NCBI GenBank assembly: GCA_028292485.1
Contig: JAQGMG010000054.1
Location: forward strand, 18,633-82,632
Reading direction: 5' to 3'
Source of the DNA: Rhodocyclales bacterium
GTDB taxonomy: Bacteria > Pseudomonadota > Gammaproteobacteria > Burkholderiales > Rhodocyclaceae
Length of the DNA: 64,000 nucleotides
In this document: one piece after another, positions 35,260-46,828 of the stretch
Position numbering within the stretch: the stretch's first letter is position 1
Layout: each line of letters begins with the position of its first letter
Notes under the pieces: model-generated
The model's input: only the letters and a program-made list of their open reading frames with translations
Told to the model about the DNA's origin: nothing
Database searches by the model: none
Position numbers and translations under genes: made by a program

Positions 35260-37652
35260 TGGAGAAGCCCCCACAGCCCCCCCCCACACAACAGTCGCAA
35301 CAGTCGGAGCAGACGGACCGGCAGGCTGGAGGCGAGGCAGCCGAGCACACGCAGCAGCCCGGCGATGAGGATTCGCGGCTGCGGACGGCCGCCATGAAAA
35401 ATGCGGAAAGCATTTTTCTGTCGCGGCGTCGTTCCGACGACGAACTGATTCGCGCCAAGGAAGCGCTCGAATGGCGGACAGAGGAACTGGCCCATTCGCT
35501 GGCGGCCATGAAGGCCACGCTCGAAGCCACGACAGACAGCATTCTGGTGACCGACGTGGCAGGCAATGTGACTGGTTCGAACGAAAAGTTCATGCAGATG
35601 TGGGAAGTGTCGCGCGATCTCATCGCCGCTGGCGATCACCAGCAAGTGCTTGACGCCACCAGCCGTCAATTCAGCGAACCGCAGGCGTACCTGGATCGGG
35701 TCGCCGAGATTTACGCGTCCTGGCCGACCGAGACGTTCGACGTGCTGGAACTTGTCGATGGTCGCGTGATCGAACGCTTTACGCGCCTTCAGTTTGTCGA
35801 CGAGCGCAATGCCGGGCGCGTCTGGAGCTTTCGCGACATCACGGAGAGCCGGCGCGTCGAAGAAGCCTTGCGCGATGAAACGCGAGTGCTCGAGTTGCTC
35901 AACAAGACCGGAGCAGCCATCGCTTCCACGCTGGATCTGCAAAAACTCCTGCAGACCATTACCGACGCGACCACCCAGTTGAGCGGTGCGCAGTTCGGTG
36001 CTTTCTTTTACAACACGACCGACGAGAACGGCGACGCCTTCCTGCTGCATACCTTGTCAGGCTTGTCGCCGAAAGCCTTCGAACACTTTGGTCAGCCTCG
36101 CGCCACGCCGCTGTTCGGGCCGACTTTCCGCGGCGAAAGTCCGATCCGCCTCGATGACGTGTTGCAGGACGAGCGCTACGGGCAATGGGCGCCACATCAC
36201 GGCATGCCGCCTGGTCACGCACCGGTGCGCAGCTATCTTGCCGTGCCGGTGATATCGCGCTCGGGGGAAACCATCGGCGGCCTGTTTTTCGGGCACGGCG
36301 AAGCGGGCGTATTCAGCGAACGCAGCGAACGGCTGGTCCTCGGCGTGGCAGCGCAGGCGGCGATTGCCATCGACAATGCCAGGCTATATGACGACGTCAA
36401 ACGCGTGGCGCTCGAGCGCGAACAGCTCTTCGATGCCGAACGCGCCGCACGTGCCGAGGCCGAGCGGGTCGGGCGCATGAAGGATGAATTTCTCGCCACC
36501 CTCTCGCACGAACTCAGAACACCGCTCAACGCCATACTCGGCTGGTCGCACATCCTGTTGTCCGGCAAGGGCAGCCCCGAAGATTTCGCACGCGGCCTCG
36601 AAACCATTGCGCGCAATGCGCGCGCGCAGACCCAGCTCATCGAGGACTTGCTGGACATGAACCGCATCGTCTCCGGCAAGGTGCGGCTCGACGTGCAACC
36701 GGCGGATCTGGTCGGCGTGGTCGAAGCCGCGCTCGACTCCGTGCGCCCCTCCGCGGAGTCCAAGGAAATCCGCCTGCAGAAGATCATCGACCCGGCGGCC
36801 GGCCCCGTCTCGGGTGACCCGAACCGCTTGCAGCAGGTCATCTGGAACCTGTTGTCGAATGCCGTCAAATTCACGCCCAGGGGCGGCACGGTCGCAGTGA
36901 TTCTGGCGCGCGTGAATTCGCACATCGAAATCACCGTCACAGATTCGGGCGTTGGCATCAGCGCCGGATTCCTGCCCCACGTGTTCGACCGTTTCCGCCA
37001 GGCCGATTCGTCCACGACGCGGCACCATGGCGGCCTCGGCCTTGGCCTGTCCATCGTCAAACAACTCGTCGAACTGCATGGCGGCACAGTCCGCGCTGAA
37101 AGCCAGGGGGAGGACAAGGGGGCGAGTTTCGTCGTCAGCCTGCCGGTGAGTGCCGTGCGCGCCGCAGAGAGGAGCGCGGGTACCCCCGGCGACAGCCGCC
37201 AGCATCCGGCCAGCAGCCATATGCCTTTCGCCCAGGCGGTACCGCTCGACGGCGTCAGGATTCTGGTGATTGATGACGAGCCCGACGCACGCGATCTCAT
37301 CAAGCGCGTGCTCCTGCAATGCCGCGCCGAGGTCAGTACCGCGGCCAGCGCCAGCGAGGCCATGAGCATGCTGGTGGAGCACAAACCCGATGTCATTGTC
37401 AGCGACATCGGCATGCCGCAGAAGGATGGCTATCAGTTCATCCGCGAGGTGCGCAGCCTGTCACCGGCCAATGGCGGCCGCACGCCCGCCATCGCCCTGA
37501 CCGCCTTTGCCCGCTCGGAAGACCGCACACGCGCGATGATTGCCGGCTACCAGGTCCACATATCGAAACCCATCGAACCGCAGGAGCTCATCGCCACGGT
37601 TGCCAGCCTGGCAGGGCGCATGGGCAGCGCAGAGAGCCTGCCCGAGCACTGA
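35259..37652 (+). CDS. PAS-GAF hybrid sensor histidine kinase / response regulator
   Basis: ATG shares a base with the upstream TGA (tgATG) and follows GGGAGGAAG. HisKA FLATLSHELRTPLN, an HATPase (GGLGLGLSIV), and a receiver (ILVIDDEPD...DIGMPQKDG) are present. Confidence 0.9.
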   Translation: MEKPPQPPPTQQSQQSEQTDRQAGGEAAEHTQQPGDEDSRLRTAAMKNAESIFLSRRRSDDELIRAKEALEWRTEELAHSLAAMKATLEATTDSILVTDVAGNVTGSNEKFMQMWEVSRDLIAAGDHQQVLDATSRQFSEPQAYLDRVAEIYASWPTETFDVLELVDGRVIERFTRLQFVDERNAGRVWSFRDITESRRVEEALRDETRVLELLNKTGAAIASTLDLQKLLQTITDATTQLSGAQFGAFFYNTTDENGDAFLLHTLSGLSPKAFEHFGQPRATPLFGPTFRGESPIRLDDVLQDERYGQWAPHHGMPPGHAPVRSYLAVPVISRSGETIGGLFFGHGEAGVFSERSERLVLGVAAQAAIAIDNARLYDDVKRVALEREQLFDAERAARAEAERVGRMKDEFLATLSHELRTPLNAILGWSHILLSGKGSPEDFARGLETIARNARAQTQLIEDLLDMNRIVSGKVRLDVQPADLVGVVEAALDSVRPSAESKEIRLQKIIDPAAGPVSGDPNRLQQVIWNLLSNAVKFTPRGGTVAVILARVNSHIEITVTDSGVGISAGFLPHVFDRFRQADSSTTRHHGGLGLGLSIVKQLVELHGGTVRAESQGEDKGASFVVSLPVSAVRAAERSAGTPGDSRQHPASSHMPFAQAVPLDGVRILVIDDEPDARDLIKRVLLQCRAEVSTAASASEAMSMLVEHKPDVIVSDIGMPQKDGYQFIREVRSLSPANGGRTPAIALTAFARSEDRTRAMIAGYQVHISKPIEPQELIATVASLAGRMGSAESLPEH

Positions 37653-37661
37653 GCGCCGCTG

Positions 37662-39452
37662 TCAGCTGTGCACCAGCTCGCGAGCTTGCCACCGGCCTTC
37701 GCCGAGTAGTTCCAGCTCATGCGTATGGAATTCGAGCAGGCTGCTGCGATGGCCAACGCTGACCAGCGTCGCATCCGGCAGCAACGTCCGCAGCAGGCCG
37801 TACATCGCATGTTCGAGGCCCTCGTCCATCGCCGAGCTGGCTTCGTCGAGGAACAGCACCTGTGGTTTCGCAAGCAGTGCCCGGCCGATGGCCAGACGTT
37901 GCTGCTCGCCCAGCGACAGGATGCCGGTCCAGTCGGCATCTTCATCCAGGCGGCTGACGAGATGTCCTAGCTGGCATTGTCTGAGTATGTCTTCGGCATT
38001 CGCGCCTGGTAACGCGCTCGCCGGGTAATACAGCGCAGCGCGCAGTGTGCCCAGTGGCAGGTAAGGCTTCTGTGGCAGGAACAGCGCCTGTTCCCCTTGC
38101 GGACGAATCACCTTGCCGCTGGCGAAAGGCCACAGGCCGGAGACAGCGCGCAACAGCGTGGTCTTGCCCGCGCCCGACGCGCCGCGGATAAGCAGCGCGG
38201 CACCGGGGGACAGCGACAGGTCGAGGGCTTCGAGCAGCACGGCATTGTCAGGCTTGCGCACAGTCAGCGATTCGAAGGCCACGCGCAGCCCGTCGCTATC
38301 GATTTCCACGACAGGCAGCTGTTCGGCCGCATCCATGGCGTTCAGGAAACCACTCAAACGATTCAGCACGGCGCGGTAGCCGGCAAACTCGTCGTAGGAC
38401 GTGCGGAAGAACGACAGCGCGTCCTGCACCTGCGAGAAGGCTTCTGCAGTCTGTATCACATCACCGAGCGTGATCTGCTTGCTCAACAGTCGCGGCGCCT
38501 GCACGATCATGGGGAAGACCACCGCAGCTTGCGTGATGGCGAGATTGAAGCCCTGAAATTTGAGTGAGCGGAAGATGATCGCCCACATATTGACGATGAC
38601 ACTGGCAAAACGTCCCATCAGCGTGGTTCGTTCGACTGCCTCGCCGCGGAAAAACGCTATGCTTTCGCCATATTCACGAACGCGGATGAGCGCATAGCGA
38701 AAGTTGGCGTTGAGCTTCTCGTTGAGGAAGTTCAGCTGAATGAGCGGACGGCCAATCCACACCGCGAATACCGTTGCGACAATGGCATACAGATAAACGA
38801 GAAAGACCATTGCGCGTGGAATCTCCACGCCGAATATGGCCAGCACGCCCGACAGGCCCCACAGGATCATGGAGAAGGAAAACAGTGAGACGACGGCGTC
38901 GAGCAGCCCCATCGACAGGGCCAGTGAGCTGCTGACGAAACTATCGACGTCCTGCTGGATGCGTTGATCGGGGTTGTCGACGCTGTCGGTGACATAACGA
39001 CTGCGGTGGTAGCCCTGTTGCTCCATCCAGCGTTCGATCACGCTGGCAGTCAGGGCGGTTCGCCAATGAATCAGGAACGCCTGGCGCAGATAGTAAGTAA
39101 CGAGTGAGCGCGCCACATGGACTGTCGCCAGGACCGAAAAGACAATCAGCATGAACCAGAAAGCAGGTGCGTCCAGCCTCTGCATGGCGCTGTAGAAGCC
39201 GTTGTACCAGAACGAAAACAGCACATTCATGCGCACCGAGAAAAGCGTCATGAACACGATCAAGGCCAGCGCTGCCAGCGGCCCGATGCTGCGCGAGGGC
39301 CTGAACCACGGCCAGGCCAGCCGCTTGAACTGGCGCCCCCATGCGGTAAAACGGCACACGGCCCAGGCGGTGACTATCAGGCCCAGCGTACTGATAACAA
39401 AAGCTTTTCCCAGCCAGATCAGGCTGGCAAGCAGTTCATGACTCCAGTCCAT
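37662..39452 (-). CDS. fused ABC transporter permease/ATP-binding protein (YddA/SbmA-BacA-like)
   Basis: ATG at 39452. An N-terminal 6-TM domain is followed by Walker A GASGAGKTT, the signature LSLGEQQRL, and Walker B VLFLDEA. Confidence 0.85.
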   Translation of the reverse strand: MDWSHELLASLIWLGKAFVISTLGLIVTAWAVCRFTAWGRQFKRLAWPWFRPSRSIGPLAALALIVFMTLFSVRMNVLFSFWYNGFYSAMQRLDAPAFWFMLIVFSVLATVHVARSLVTYYLRQAFLIHWRTALTASVIERWMEQQGYHRSRYVTDSVDNPDQRIQQDVDSFVSSSLALSMGLLDAVVSLFSFSMILWGLSGVLAIFGVEIPRAMVFLVYLYAIVATVFAVWIGRPLIQLNFLNEKLNANFRYALIRVREYGESIAFFRGEAVERTTLMGRFASVIVNMWAIIFRSLKFQGFNLAITQAAVVFPMIVQAPRLLSKQITLGDVIQTAEAFSQVQDALSFFRTSYDEFAGYRAVLNRLSGFLNAMDAAEQLPVVEIDSDGLRVAFESLTVRKPDNAVLLEALDLSLSPGAALLIRGASGAGKTTLLRAVSGLWPFASGKVIRPQGEQALFLPQKPYLPLGTLRAALYYPASALPGANAEDILRQCQLGHLVSRLDEDADWTGILSLGEQQRLAIGRALLAKPQVLFLDEASSAMDEGLEHAMYGLLRTLLPDATLVSVGHRSSLLEFHTHELELLGEGRWQARELVHS

Positions 39453-39860
39453 CCGCGTTCCTTCTCTCGAGTGAGTGTTCTTTTGTCGTGAGCCAGTGCC
39501 GGGCTGGCCGAAGCGTTCACCATACCGGTACCGGCAACATGAAGTGGCAATACACATGAAGCGGCAATACGACCGTACAGCTGCCTGATTGTTCGGGATA
39601 ATCGCCATCTGTCATACTCGGCGCAGGGGTATCGCCCCGAACGGACTGCACGGACATGTTTCGCGATATGTGCGCGCGAGTTGGCAGGAAACTTGCAACA
39701 AAGCTGGCCAGGCACTCCTGGCTTGATACCGCGCATTTTGCAGGCTCGCAACTTTTATCGGCGTCGCAGGGTCGACCCGGTGCGCGATGCTGCTACGTTG
39801 TTTGCGCCGAACAGGTCTTTGCACTCAGCCCGCAAGGAACGTCGACGGAGGTATTTGCTG

Positions 39861-41495
39861 ATGATTGGCACGCGTAAATTGGCCCACACCGACTTTTCAC
39901 AGTCGTCGCAGTGCCTCGCCGCCCTACGCGCGCTCAACCCTACCGATGTCGACGATTCGATGGCCGTCATGGCCTTCGTTCTCGATGGCATGTGTGCCCA
40001 TCCGCCCGAGCCGACCGATCACCTGCAGGTGCTCGAAGAGATGCGCACGACGCTGGATTTCGTCATGTCCCAGGCTTCGCAACGCTATGTGGCGCGGCCG
40101 CTGCCGCCGGCCAGCGAAGAGGATGAACGCCTGCAGCGCGTGGTGACTGGCTGGACCACGATGGCCAAGAGCTACGCATTGATTGCGCAACGCTCGGCCA
40201 TGGATCCCGGCTTCGTCGACAAGCGCGCCCTGCTGGCGCATCGCCGCATCCAGTACTGTGCATTGGCGATGGTCGAAAACTTCCGCGCCCGCCGCGAGAT
40301 GCCGCCGGGGCTTTGGCGCAATCTGCATGGTCTGTTCGCTGCTTCCGAGCGGGCTAGCCTGTCGGACGTGCGTGTGCCGGATGCACTCAATGAAGTGTGG
40401 GGCGCACAAAGTGCGCAAGAGTGTTATGTCGCGTTGCTGCTGGTCGATGCGGCCATGCCAAGCGGCCGCACGCCGCGCGAACTGGTGTGGATCATGCGCT
40501 GGGCGCAGCGCTTCGCACCCTACTGTGTGGTGCAGGCCGACAGCGAGCCGCGCCCTGACAAGGCGACGCAGTTTGCGCTCGACATCAATGCCGATCACGG
40601 TCTGCGCCCGATCGGTCTCATTGTTCCCGAGGCGCCGGTACGTGGCATCGACACCAAGCGTCTGGCCAATCACATCCAGGCGGTCGTCGCGCAACTGAAG
40701 AAGGGCGTGTCGCCCGCTTCGCTCGGCCTGGGCGACGACTGTGTACAGCCGGCCTGTTCGCGTCTGCTGGTATCGCTTTATCGCCCGTGGGGCCATGCCG
40801 CCGCCGGCCGCAAGTTTCCGCGCCGCCGCCTCAGTTCCAAAGTGCAGCTATGCGTCGATCAACAAACCATCGCTTTCTTCCTCGAAGGCCGTGAGTTCTC
40901 GCAGCCATCGGACGCACGCGTCACGAGCTTCTCGGACACGCAGGTCATGCGTACCTTTGGCGAACGGGTCGAGTCCGAAATTACGCCGGAATATCTGGTC
41001 AAGCGCGCCGCGCAGCTGGGCTATGCACAGGAAGAAGTGTGGCAAGTCACCGACCAGTCCGTCGCTGGCTATCGCCTGGCGCGCAGCCAGGGTGATTCGC
41101 GCGTCGAGCACCGCCAGCTGGTTGGCTTGCGCGCCACGCCGGCAGCGGCTATGTTGCTGGCCGAGGTGAGCTGGCTGCAGTACCAGCACAATGGCACTTT
41201 GCAGGCTGGCGTGAGCCTTCTTCCCGGCCCACCAAAGGTGATGGCTGTGCGGCTGCATCTGGGTGATCGCTCGGCCCGTGAGCGTTATCGCCTCGGATTC
41301 ATGGTTCCCGGCATCGATGCGCTCAAGACCGAAGTCAGCCTCATCGTGCCGTCGGGCTGGTTCCTGGCGAACAGGCGTGTCGAGATTTACGAGGAAGGTC
41401 CGTGGTATGCGCGCATGGTGAAACTCGTCTCGCGCGGCGCCAACTTCGATCGCATCACCTTCACGCGCGAGCCTGCCGAAGATACGGTGGATTGA
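39861..41495 (+). CDS. hypothetical protein, 544 aa
   Basis: ATG at 39861 follows GGAGG, and codon usage is coherent and GC3-rich. I recognised no family. The C-terminal region has a DQSVAG (DxSxxG-like) segment only. Confidence 0.6.
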   Translation: MIGTRKLAHTDFSQSSQCLAALRALNPTDVDDSMAVMAFVLDGMCAHPPEPTDHLQVLEEMRTTLDFVMSQASQRYVARPLPPASEEDERLQRVVTGWTTMAKSYALIAQRSAMDPGFVDKRALLAHRRIQYCALAMVENFRARREMPPGLWRNLHGLFAASERASLSDVRVPDALNEVWGAQSAQECYVALLLVDAAMPSGRTPRELVWIMRWAQRFAPYCVVQADSEPRPDKATQFALDINADHGLRPIGLIVPEAPVRGIDTKRLANHIQAVVAQLKKGVSPASLGLGDDCVQPACSRLLVSLYRPWGHAAAGRKFPRRRLSSKVQLCVDQQTIAFFLEGREFSQPSDARVTSFSDTQVMRTFGERVESEITPEYLVKRAAQLGYAQEEVWQVTDQSVAGYRLARSQGDSRVEHRQLVGLRATPAAAMLLAEVSWLQYQHNGTLQAGVSLLPGPPKVMAVRLHLGDRSARERYRLGFMVPGIDALKTEVSLIVPSGWFLANRRVEIYEEGPWYARMVKLVSRGANFDRITFTREPAEDTVD

Positions 41496-41515
41496 GCGCC
41501 TGCTGTCTGGCGCTC
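41494..41515. terminator. hairpin between convergent genes
   Basis: Stem gagcgcc/ggcgctc with an 8-nt loop. No U-tract follows. Confidence 0.35.
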
Positions 41516-41524
41516 AGGCAGCAT

Positions 41525-42817
<1,293 letters not shown>

Positions 42818-42904
42818 GGCATACGTCCAGATAAGACGGCTTGGAAAAATGGCAGTACCTCACCCGGTTCGTTTTGAAGTTCGCCCCGGTGGCGAACTGG
42901 GGCG

Positions 42905-43612
42905 TCAGACGTTGTCGACGGCCGGGACGTCTGCCGACAAACGATAGCCGCTGCCGCGCACGGTCTGGATCAGACGATCATGCCGCGAGGCTTCCAGCGC
43001 ACTGCGCAGACGGCGGATATGCACGTCGACAGTACGTTCTTCCACGAAAACATGATCGCCCCAGACCTGGTCGAGCAGCTGCGAACGCGAGTGTACGCGT
43101 TCCGGATGCGTCATGAGGTAGTGCAATAGACGAAATTCGGTCGGGCCAAGATTGATACCGAGCTCGCCAGCAGTAACGCGGTGCGTCGAAGGATCGAGGC
43201 GCAAGCCGGAGGTTTCCACCGTGTCCTCGGTCGCTTCGGGCGCACGGCGCCGCAGTACGGCCTTGATGCGTGCCACCAGCTCGCGCGGGCTGAAGGGCTT
43301 GGAGATGTAGTCGTCAGCACCGGTTTCGAGCCCGAGCACGCGGTCTTCTTCTTCGCTGCGTGCCGTCAGCATGATGATGGGGATCTGCCGTGTGCGCTCT
43401 TCGGCGCGCAGCCGGCGTGCCAGCTCGATGCCCGACATGCCGGGCAGCATCCAGTCGAGCAGTACCAGGTCCGGCAAGGCATCGCGCACAATGCGCTGCG
43501 CGGCCTCCGCGTCAGCAGCGCGCACTACGGTATGTCCGGCACGGGTAAGATTCGCGGCAATCAGTTCCTGAATCGCCGGTTCGTCTTCGACCAGTAAAAT
43601 ATTGGCAGCCAT
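42905..43612 (-). CDS. phoB: phosphate-regulon response regulator
   Basis: ATG at 43612. The product [18 protein letters not shown]...DWMLPGMSG ends in a winged helix (TVRGSGYRL). The upstream 195 codons of the track ORF were rejected. Confidence 0.9.
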   Translation of the reverse strand: MAANILLVEDEPAIQELIAANLTRAGHTVVRAADAEAAQRIVRDALPDLVLLDWMLPGMSGIELARRLRAEERTRQIPIIMLTARSEEEDRVLGLETGADDYISKPFSPRELVARIKAVLRRRAPEATEDTVETSGLRLDPSTHRVTAGELGINLGPTEFRLLHYLMTHPERVHSRSQLLDQVWGDHVFVEERTVDVHIRRLRSALEASRHDRLIQTVRGSGYRLSADVPAVDNV

Positions 43613-43653
43613 GATTTGTTCGCTTTGCGATGAATTGACCGCAGTGTATTGCC

Positions 43654-43675
43654 GATTCATGAACGATTTATGACA
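43654..43675 (-). promoter_or_regulatory. Pho box
   Basis: The minus strand reads TGTCATAAATCGTTCATGAATC, two 7-nt half-sites with 11-nt periodicity. It ends 41 nt upstream of the phoB ATG and is followed by a TACACT -10-like hexamer. Confidence 0.6.
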
Positions 43676-43717
43676 CGTCATCGCTTTGAAACAATGGGTG
43701 ACCTGCTGGAGAGCAAT

Positions 43718-44128
43718 ATGTCTGGCCTGAACAGTAATACTCCAATCCCGACCGAACTGCGTTTGCACCAGCAATCGCGTCTGCTGGAAATCCATTTTGA
43801 CGACGGTGTGAGCGCCCACCTCAGTCATGAGTTGTTGCGCGTCTATTCGCCCTCTGCGGAGGTGCGCGGTCACGGGATCGGCCAGGAAGTGTTGCAGACT
43901 GGCAAGCGCGATGTAGCCATTGTAGCCATCGAGCCGGTGGGCAACTATGCGGTGAAACTGGTCTTCTCCGACGGTCACGATTCCGGCCTCTACAGCTGGG
44001 ACCATCTCTACCTGCTGGCGACACAGCATGAAAGCCTGTGGGCAGATTATCTGCGGCGGCTCGAAGCGGCGGGTGCGAGCCGGGATATCGCTGCGCCGCC
44101 ATCTGCTCCGCGCGGTTGCGCGCATTGA
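43718..44128 (+). CDS. DUF971 domain protein
   Basis: ATG at 43718 follows GGAGAG. Contains LLEIHFDDG...[17 protein letters not shown]...[18 protein letters not shown], typical of DUF971. Confidence 0.75.
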   Translation: MSGLNSNTPIPTELRLHQQSRLLEIHFDDGVSAHLSHELLRVYSPSAEVRGHGIGQEVLQTGKRDVAIVAIEPVGNYAVKLVFSDGHDSGLYSWDHLYLLATQHESLWADYLRRLEAAGASRDIAAPPSAPRGCAH

Positions 44129-44137
44129 AGGCGGCGG

Positions 44138-44674
44138 ATGCCCATGTTGATACGCCCTGCTACACCGGATGATGCGCAGGCCATTGCCGAAGTACATGTT
44201 GCCGCATGGCGCTCAGCCTATGCAGGGCTGATGCCACAGAACGTGCTCGATGCGCTGAGTGTCGAGCAACGAGCGGCCGGGTGGCACCGCACGCTTTCTT
44301 CACCGGGATCGTCCATGACAAGCGTAGCAAGCGGCGAAGATGGAAAAGTCGTTGGCTTCGCCTTGTACGGACCCTCCCGCGATGAGGACAGAGTCAATGG
44401 CCTGACCGGAGAGTTGCTGGCCATTAATCTGCTGCCTCAAGTTTGGCGCTGTGGTTTCGGCCGCAGCTTATGTGATCAAGCGTTATCGCATGCGCAAGAT
44501 CAAGGCTGGCAATCGCTTACGCTTTGGGTGCTGCGCGAAAATGCCGGGGCGCGAGCCTTTTACGAGAGCATGGGATTTGAACTCGACGGCATGGAGAAAA
44601 CAGACACTCGTCTGGTTGGCTCGCCCCTCAATGAGTTGCGTTACCGCCAGCAACTGTCTGCCGTAATCCGATGA
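44138..44674 (+). CDS. GNAT-family N-acetyltransferase
   Basis: Contains [15 protein letters not shown] and a CoA-binding [11 protein letters not shown] segment. Confidence 0.8.
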   Translation: MPMLIRPATPDDAQAIAEVHVAAWRSAYAGLMPQNVLDALSVEQRAAGWHRTLSSPGSSMTSVASGEDGKVVGFALYGPSRDEDRVNGLTGELLAINLLPQVWRCGFGRSLCDQALSHAQDQGWQSLTLWVLRENAGARAFYESMGFELDGMEKTDTRLVGSPLNELRYRQQLSAVIR

Positions 44675-44880
44675 AAAGGGGGGCCATAGCGATCGGTCTG
44701 TGCTTGGCCTCACTCGTGACGCTTGCCGCTCCTGCCCCATGGCATAAATGGAAAAGCAGGCTCGATGGCAAGATCGCCTGCATGCAGATTTCGCCGGGTG
44801 AGGGCTGGGTGAGGGAGAGTGGGCCATATGAAAACTCGCGTTGTGTGCCGCAAGCCAGCTCCTCGGCGCGTCGTCGATAG
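44671..44880 (+). CDS. small secreted hypothetical protein
   Basis: 69-aa ORF whose ATG overlaps the GNAT stop (ATGA). A signal-peptide-like N-terminus [21 protein letters not shown] is present. Confidence 0.45.
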   Translation: MKRGAIAIGLCLASLVTLAAPAPWHKWKSRLDGKIACMQISPGEGWVRESGPYENSRCVPQASSSARRR

Positions 44881-44979
44881 CGTCGACAATCAGCCCCGCC
44901 TTGCGCGGTAAAATAGCAAGCCTGCTGCGCTGACCTCCGTCAGCTGCACCTGCAGCCAAACATCTATCGAGTGCCTCAC

Positions 44980-46476
44980 ATGCGTAGCGATTGGGAAGTT
45001 GTCATCGGCCTGGAAACCCACGCCCAGCTCAACACCGTCTCCAAGATTTTCTCCGGCGCCAGCACGGCTTTCGGCGCTGCGCCCAATGAGCAGGCTTGCG
45101 GTGTGGATATCGCCCTGCCCGGTGTGCTGCCGGTGTTGAATCAGGGCGCCGTGGCGCGAGCCATCCGCTTTGGTCTGGCGATTGGCGCCGAGATCGCGCC
45201 GCGCTCGGTGTTCGCGCGCAAGAATTACTTTTATCCCGATCTGCCCAAGGGTTACCAGATCAGCCAGTACGAACTGCCGGTCGTGGTCGGCGGCACGCTC
45301 ACCATCCAGGTTGGCGAGGGTGACAAGGCTTATTCCAAGACCGTGCAGCTGACCCGCGCTCACCTTGAAGAAGATGCGGGCAAGAGCCTGCACGAAGATT
45401 TCCAGGGCCAGAGCGGTATCGATCTGAATCGCGCCGGCACGCCGCTTCTGGAGATCGTCACCGAGCCCGACATGCGCTCTTCCGCCGAGGCCGTCGCCTA
45501 TGCCAAAGCACTACACTCGTTGGTGCAATGGATCGACATCTGCGACGGCAATATGCAGGAAGGCTCGTTCCGCTGTGATGCCAACGTCTCCGTGCGCAAG
45601 AAAGGTGCGGAGAAACTAGGTACGCGTCGCGAGATCAAAAATCTCAACAGTTTCCGCTTCATGCAACAGGCCATCGACTACGAAGTGCAGTGGCAGATCG
45701 AACAGCTCGAAGACGGCCACGCCATCCAGCAAGCCACCGTACTGTTCGACCCCGATACCGGCGAGACGCGTTCGATGCGCAGCAAGGAAGACGCACATGA
45801 TTATCGCTACTTCCCTGATCCAGATCTGCTGCCGCTGGCCATCAGTGCTGAGTGGATCGATCGTGTGAAGAGTGAAATGCCGGAATTGCCAGAGGAAAAA
45901 CGCCGACGCTATCGAAGTGAATACTCAATGGTGGCGCAAGACGCATTGGCACTAACAAGTTCGCTGGGAATGTCACGCTACTTTGAGAACACGCTGGCAG
46001 CACTCAGAGAAATCCCTGGTATTCCTTACGGAACCCAAGCTCCAGATGTGGCCAACGCAAAGCATGTACAGAATTGGGTGATTAACAACATTGCTTCAAG
46101 CTTGAACAAGGAGCAGTTGGAAATCGAAGACTCAAAGGTCTCGTCAGCTCAGCTTGCCGGATTGCTTGCACGAGTGTTCGATAACACTATCTCAAGCAAT
46201 GCGGCCAAGAAGGTTTTCGACGCACTGTGGAATGGCGAAGGTAATGATGCCGACAGCATCATCGAAACGCAGGGTCTCAAGCAAGTCACCGATGCATCCG
46301 CCATCGAACCCATCATCGACGAAGTCATCGCAGCCAACGCGAAGAACGTCGAGGAATATCGCGCTGGCAAAGAGAAAGCCTTCAACGCCCTCGTTGGTCA
46401 GGTCATGAAGGCCAGCAAGGGCAAAGCCAGCCCGGCGCAGGTGAATGAGTTGTTGAAGAAAAAGCTCGACGCTTGA
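44980..46476 (+). CDS. gatB: Asp-tRNA(Asn)/Glu-tRNA(Gln) amidotransferase subunit B
   Basis: The product begins [17 protein letters not shown] and has GatB-typical segments throughout. A GTG at 44971 is an alternative start. Confidence 0.95.
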   Translation: MRSDWEVVIGLETHAQLNTVSKIFSGASTAFGAAPNEQACGVDIALPGVLPVLNQGAVARAIRFGLAIGAEIAPRSVFARKNYFYPDLPKGYQISQYELPVVVGGTLTIQVGEGDKAYSKTVQLTRAHLEEDAGKSLHEDFQGQSGIDLNRAGTPLLEIVTEPDMRSSAEAVAYAKALHSLVQWIDICDGNMQEGSFRCDANVSVRKKGAEKLGTRREIKNLNSFRFMQQAIDYEVQWQIEQLEDGHAIQQATVLFDPDTGETRSMRSKEDAHDYRYFPDPDLLPLAISAEWIDRVKSEMPELPEEKRRRYRSEYSMVAQDALALTSSLGMSRYFENTLAALREIPGIPYGTQAPDVANAKHVQNWVINNIASSLNKEQLEIEDSKVSSAQLAGLLARVFDNTISSNAAKKVFDALWNGEGNDADSIIETQGLKQVTDASAIEPIIDEVIAANAKNVEEYRAGKEKAFNALVGQVMKASKGKASPAQVNELLKKKLDA

Positions 46477-46492
46477 GTTTCAGCCCCACAGC

Positions 46493-46525
46493 AAAGAGGC
46501 CGCTTTCAAGCGGTCTCTTGCTTTT
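46493..46525 (+). terminator. intrinsic terminator of gatB
   Basis: Stem agaggccgc/gcggtctct followed by tgcttttcg. Confidence 0.7.
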
Positions 46526-46526
46526 C

Positions 46527-46828
46527 GTAGGTTGGATGAGCGCAGCGTAATCCGACGTTTGGAATCGCAAAACAACAAAGGCGGATACGTACCTTTGCCC
46601 CAACGTCGGATGACGCCTGCGGCTCATCCAACCTACGAAACCGCGCCCGGTCCTGGCGTCTTACGCTGTCGATCCAGCTCCGGCCACGTGTGGATGCTGA
46701 TATGCAATTTGCGTAACAAGAGCTTCGTAGGTTGGGGTGAGCGCAGCGATGCCCAACGCCTCACGTTGATTTGGCTCCTACCTGTGCATGGACCGATGTT
46801 GGGCATCGCTGCGCTCACTCCAACCTAC
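46527..46828. repeat. cluster of four REP hairpins (two inverted doublets)
   Basis: GTAGGTTGG...hairpins lie at 46527-46557 and 46727-46758. Their inverted partners lie at 46604-46636 and 46798-46828. The last REP lies inside the 3' end of the AdoMet decarboxylase ORF. Confidence 0.8.

Noticed and set aside
34941-37414. Long minus-strand ORFs (369, 393 and 332 aa) opposite the MetE-like and histidine-kinase genes.
   Set aside because: They are antisense shadows of genes with unambiguous domain motifs, and they contain no recognisable motifs of their own.
39861-41495. PilZ (c-di-GMP-binding) domain in the 544-aa hypothetical protein.
   Set aside because: Only a DxSxxG-like DQSVAG is present. 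The upstream RRR stretch does not fit RxxxR and lies about 75 residues away, too far for a canonical PilZ domain.
42905-44197. 430-aa version of the phoB ORF. Similar N-terminally extended versions occur at 32843..34048, 3442..4182, 46778..47428, 34998..37652, 29476..30546 and 57797..59098.
   Set aside because: The extensions have non-protein-like composition, overlap divergent genes or regulatory sites (for example the Pho box), and internal starts with good RBSs give family-typical N-termini.
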